DNA from: Horticoccus luteus
GTDB lineage: Bacteria > Verrucomicrobiota > Verrucomicrobiia > Opitutales > Opitutaceae
Assembly: GCF_019464535.1 (NCBI RefSeq)
Contig: NZ_CP080507.1
Coordinates: forward strand, 3,210,001-3,242,000
Reading direction: 5' to 3'
Length of the DNA: 32,000 nt
The notes below the pieces were generated by a model that did not search any database, was not told the DNA's origin, and worked only from the letters and a program-made list of their open reading frames with translations. Numbering within the stretch: the stretch's first letter is position 1; every line of letters begins with the position of its first letter. Both the position numbers and the translations under genes were made by a program. Positions 30,070 through 32,000 of the stretch are shown one piece after another.

Positions 30070-31128
30070 TCAGAAATCGAAGCCGATCATCAAGCGCAGC
30101 AACCGGTAATCCGACGCCCGCACATCCGGATTGTTGTAACGCACCTCATGGCGCACGCCGACGGTGAGCGTCTCGGTCAACTTCTTATTGATCTCGAAAC
30201 GATTCTCCCAACCCGCGTCCTGATTCGCGAGCGCGTAGTAATACACCGCACGATCGTTGAGCGTGATGCGCCACGGCAACTTCGCCTCCCACTCGCCGAA
30301 GAGCGACTCGATGTTGCGCTCGTTGTGCCCGCCCTGCGTGAGCTGCCACGAATCGAACACGTTCTCGGAAACACCCACGCGCACCTTGTGCGCCGTCGTG
30401 TTCACGAGATTCACACCGACGCCGAGCTCCTCCTGCAACAGCACGTAATCCGCCGGCACGTTGTTGATGAAATACGCCCGGTTCCACTCGATCGTCGGCC
30501 GGTAGGTGAAGAACAACTTGTGCGGCAGATCGTGCCGGTAGGAAGCGTTCGCCCTCACGATATCCGTCGAGCGCGAGTTATCCACCGAACTGAAATCGTA
30601 ACGCCCGTTGATCTGCACCTCGTCGCTCGTCCATTTGCGCTGCACCTTCGCCTCGACCATCGCGCTGTTGCGCGTCGCCGTATCCGAGGCCATGTCCGCC
30701 GAAAACGAGAACCGGCCGTGCCACGCGCCAAAATATTTGCGCAACGCCAACGCCATCGCCCGCGGCGAAAACGGTGCCCGCGCCAGCCAGAACGTCGACT
30801 CTTCCTCCGCCTCTTCCGCCGTCACGCCCGGCGCCGGCGGCGTTTTCGCCGCGACAACCTCCTTCGGCTTCTCCGCCAAAATCACTTCCGCATCCTTCAC
30901 GGGCACGCGCAACAACCCGAAACGCTCCGACCGAAACACAATCACGTCGCCCGCCTTCTCCACCAGATGCCCGCCCACCCGATCACCATCGTTGTAAACC
31001 AGTTCATCCAGCGCCGGTTTGGCCGGAACAGGCACGACCGTGCCGCTCGCGTCTGCCGCCCGCGCCCAGCCCGCGCTGCCCACGAGCAACGCCAATGACC
31101 ACACCGCTGATTTCCAAGTCCGCCGCAT
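30070..31128 (-). CDS. DUF481 (YdiY-like) outer-membrane beta-barrel protein
   Basis: Start chosen at ATG 31128 ('MRRTWKSAVWSLALLVGSAGWARA/AD', a signal peptide). ATG 31176 is the alternative. N-terminal 'LVYNDGDRVGGHLVEKAGDVIVFRSERFGLLRVPVKDAEVI' motif. The C-terminal part has alternating amphipathic strands rich in Y/N/W/F and ends 'LLRLMIGFDF*', the aromatic terminal residue typical of OMPs. Confidence 0.72.
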   Translation of the reverse strand: MRRTWKSAVWSLALLVGSAGWARAADASGTVVPVPAKPALDELVYNDGDRVGGHLVEKAGDVIVFRSERFGLLRVPVKDAEVILAEKPKEVVAAKTPPAPGVTAEEAEEESTFWLARAPFSPRAMALALRKYFGAWHGRFSFSADMASDTATRNSAMVEAKVQRKWTSDEVQINGRYDFSSVDNSRSTDIVRANASYRHDLPHKLFFTYRPTIEWNRAYFINNVPADYVLLQEELGVGVNLVNTTAHKVRVGVSENVFDSWQLTQGGHNERNIESLFGEWEAKLPWRITLNDRAVYYYALANQDAGWENRFEINKKLTETLTVGVRHEVRYNNPDVRASDYRLLRLMIGFDF

Positions 31129-31288
31129 CAGATCTGACACGCGCGTTTCGACGTATGGGCGTTCACAGAGTTTCATGAAATTTTCAGCGATGGCCCGCGC
31201 GGCGCGCTAATGCCGCTCCAACTAATGCACAGTCCCGCCCGCCTTCAACCGCCGCTCGGCCCTGCGCTGAAATAATTTTCCCGCCGGC

Positions 31289-32000
31289 TCACACCAGGCA
31301 GGCCGCCAGCCCCGCCCGAATTTCCGCCTCCGGCAGAGTCACGCCGATAAACACCAACTCCTGCCGACGATCCCCGTGCGGCTCCGCCCAGCGCTCCCGC
31401 GTGCTCGGCGGAATCTCCGCGTCCGTGACCACCCCGCGCTCACGCAAAGCCGCCGCCCACGTGCCGATAAACTCCAAACGCGCCGCGCCACCCGCCACCG
31501 AGGCAAACCCCATGTCCGCCGCGCGCTCGCGCACCCAGAAGAAGCCCTTCGCCCGCAACAACCCTTCCGGCAACGCCGCCTCGAACCACGCCCGCAATTT
31601 CTCCTCCGCGAACGCCCGCCGCTCCTCGTAAACGAAGCTCGTGATGCCAAACGCCGCCTCATGCCGCCCCGCCACCGCCGGCCCCGTTCGCACCGCCGCG
31701 TGGCGCGCCGCGCCGCCCAGCAATCGCACCCATTCCGCCGCGCCCGGCGTCACGTCCGCTTGAAAGCGCACCCGCCCGACCACCTCCGCCGCCGCCACGC
31801 GCCCTTGGGCCACGCGCCAGATTTCCGCGCGCGCATTGACGGCGCGCACCAACGCTTCGACGCGCCGCACCGCCTCCGCCGTGGCGACGTCGCACTTGTT
31901 CAACACCACCACGTCCGCGCACTCGACCTGTTCCAACATCAAATCAAACACCGGTTTCACGCCGCTCGCCGCCCTCTTTCTCCCGTCGCGCGACTTGCGT
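31289..32000 (-). CDS. COG0523/CobW-family G3E GTPase (metallochaperone-like), N-terminus beyond the window edge
   Basis: The reading frame is open to base 32000. 'LEQVECADVVVLNKCDV' is the NKxD G4 box region. The CobW_C-like C-terminal half is 'GITSFVYEERRAFAEEKLRAWF...LRAKGFFWV...ELVFIGVTLPEAEIRAGLAACLV*'. Confidence 0.8.
   Translation of the reverse strand, partial: RKSRDGRKRAASGVKPVFDLMLEQVECADVVVLNKCDVATAEAVRRVEALVRAVNARAEIWRVAQGRVAAAEVVGRVRFQADVTPGAAEWVRLLGGAARHAAVRTGPAVAGRHEAAFGITSFVYEERRAFAEEKLRAWFEAALPEGLLRAKGFFWVRERAADMGFASVAGGAARLEFIGTWAAALRERGVVTDAEIPPSTRERWAEPHGDRRQELVFIGVTLPEAEIRAGLAACLV

Noticed and set aside
1-32000. Mobile-element, prophage or genomic-island signatures (transposase, integrase, tRNA-flanking direct repeats) and RNA genes (tRNA, rRNA)
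   Set aside because: No integrase, transposase or phage-like translations appear in any frame. No T-arm 'GGTTCGAATCC'-type tRNA signatures occur in the intergenic regions. The two COG0523 genes at the edges are diverged paralogs on opposite strands and do not behave as repeat boundaries.

Overview
This is a GC-rich chromosomal segment (roughly two-thirds G+C by eye, not computed). About 27 genes are densely packed, and I found no rRNA, tRNA, CRISPR array, transposase or integrase. The gene content suggests a Verrucomicrobiota (Opitutales-like) genome, which is an inference only: a PEP-CTERM cargo protein with autotransporter-associated beta-strand (PATR) repeats, an ECF sigma factor coupled to a Ser/Thr kinase, many beta-propeller proteins, and weak or absent Shine-Dalgarno sites.

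Layout from left to right:
- 1-132: 3' end of a COG0523 GTPase.
- 167-834: a degraded toxin-antitoxin-like pair, a small ORF plus a twice-frameshifted nucleotidyltransferase.
- 993-4722: a two-component system, a propeller/Y_Y_Y sensor histidine kinase plus a LuxR-type response regulator.
- 4808-9292: a roughly 1,440-1,494 aa secreted chimeric protein (pentapeptide repeats, PATR beta-helix, PEP-CTERM anchor).
- 9485-12841: a LysR-controlled oxidoreductase cluster, with two paralogous SDR genes and an F420/NADP-type oxidoreductase on the minus strand and a divergent LysR gene.
- 13188-17253: an ECF sigma factor translationally coupled to a membrane Ser/Thr kinase with an extracytoplasmic beta-propeller.
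- 17550-19688: a secreted right-handed beta-helix protein with Ig-like domains.
- 19893-26036, minus strand: a six-gene, fully overlapped respiratory operon (caa3-type CoxII-cytochrome c, CoxI/III fusion, CtaG, a small 2-TM protein, Rieske, cytochrome b-cytochrome c fusion).
- 26449-27312: a formate/nitrite-transporter-family protein.
- 27502-29913: a stand-alone WD40 gene directly followed by a membrane-anchored TIR-domain gene.
- 30070-31128, minus strand: a DUF481-like outer-membrane barrel.
- 31289-32000, minus strand: a second COG0523 GTPase.

The best candidates for something undescribed are:
- the WD40 + TIR-TM-periplasmic-module gene pair;
- the ECF sigma/Ser-Thr kinase-propeller pair together with its flanking compound hairpin;
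- the chimeric pentapeptide/PATR/PEP-CTERM giant next to a dedicated two-component system.

All family assignments come from motif recognition in the translated ORFs. No database or HMM search was possible.
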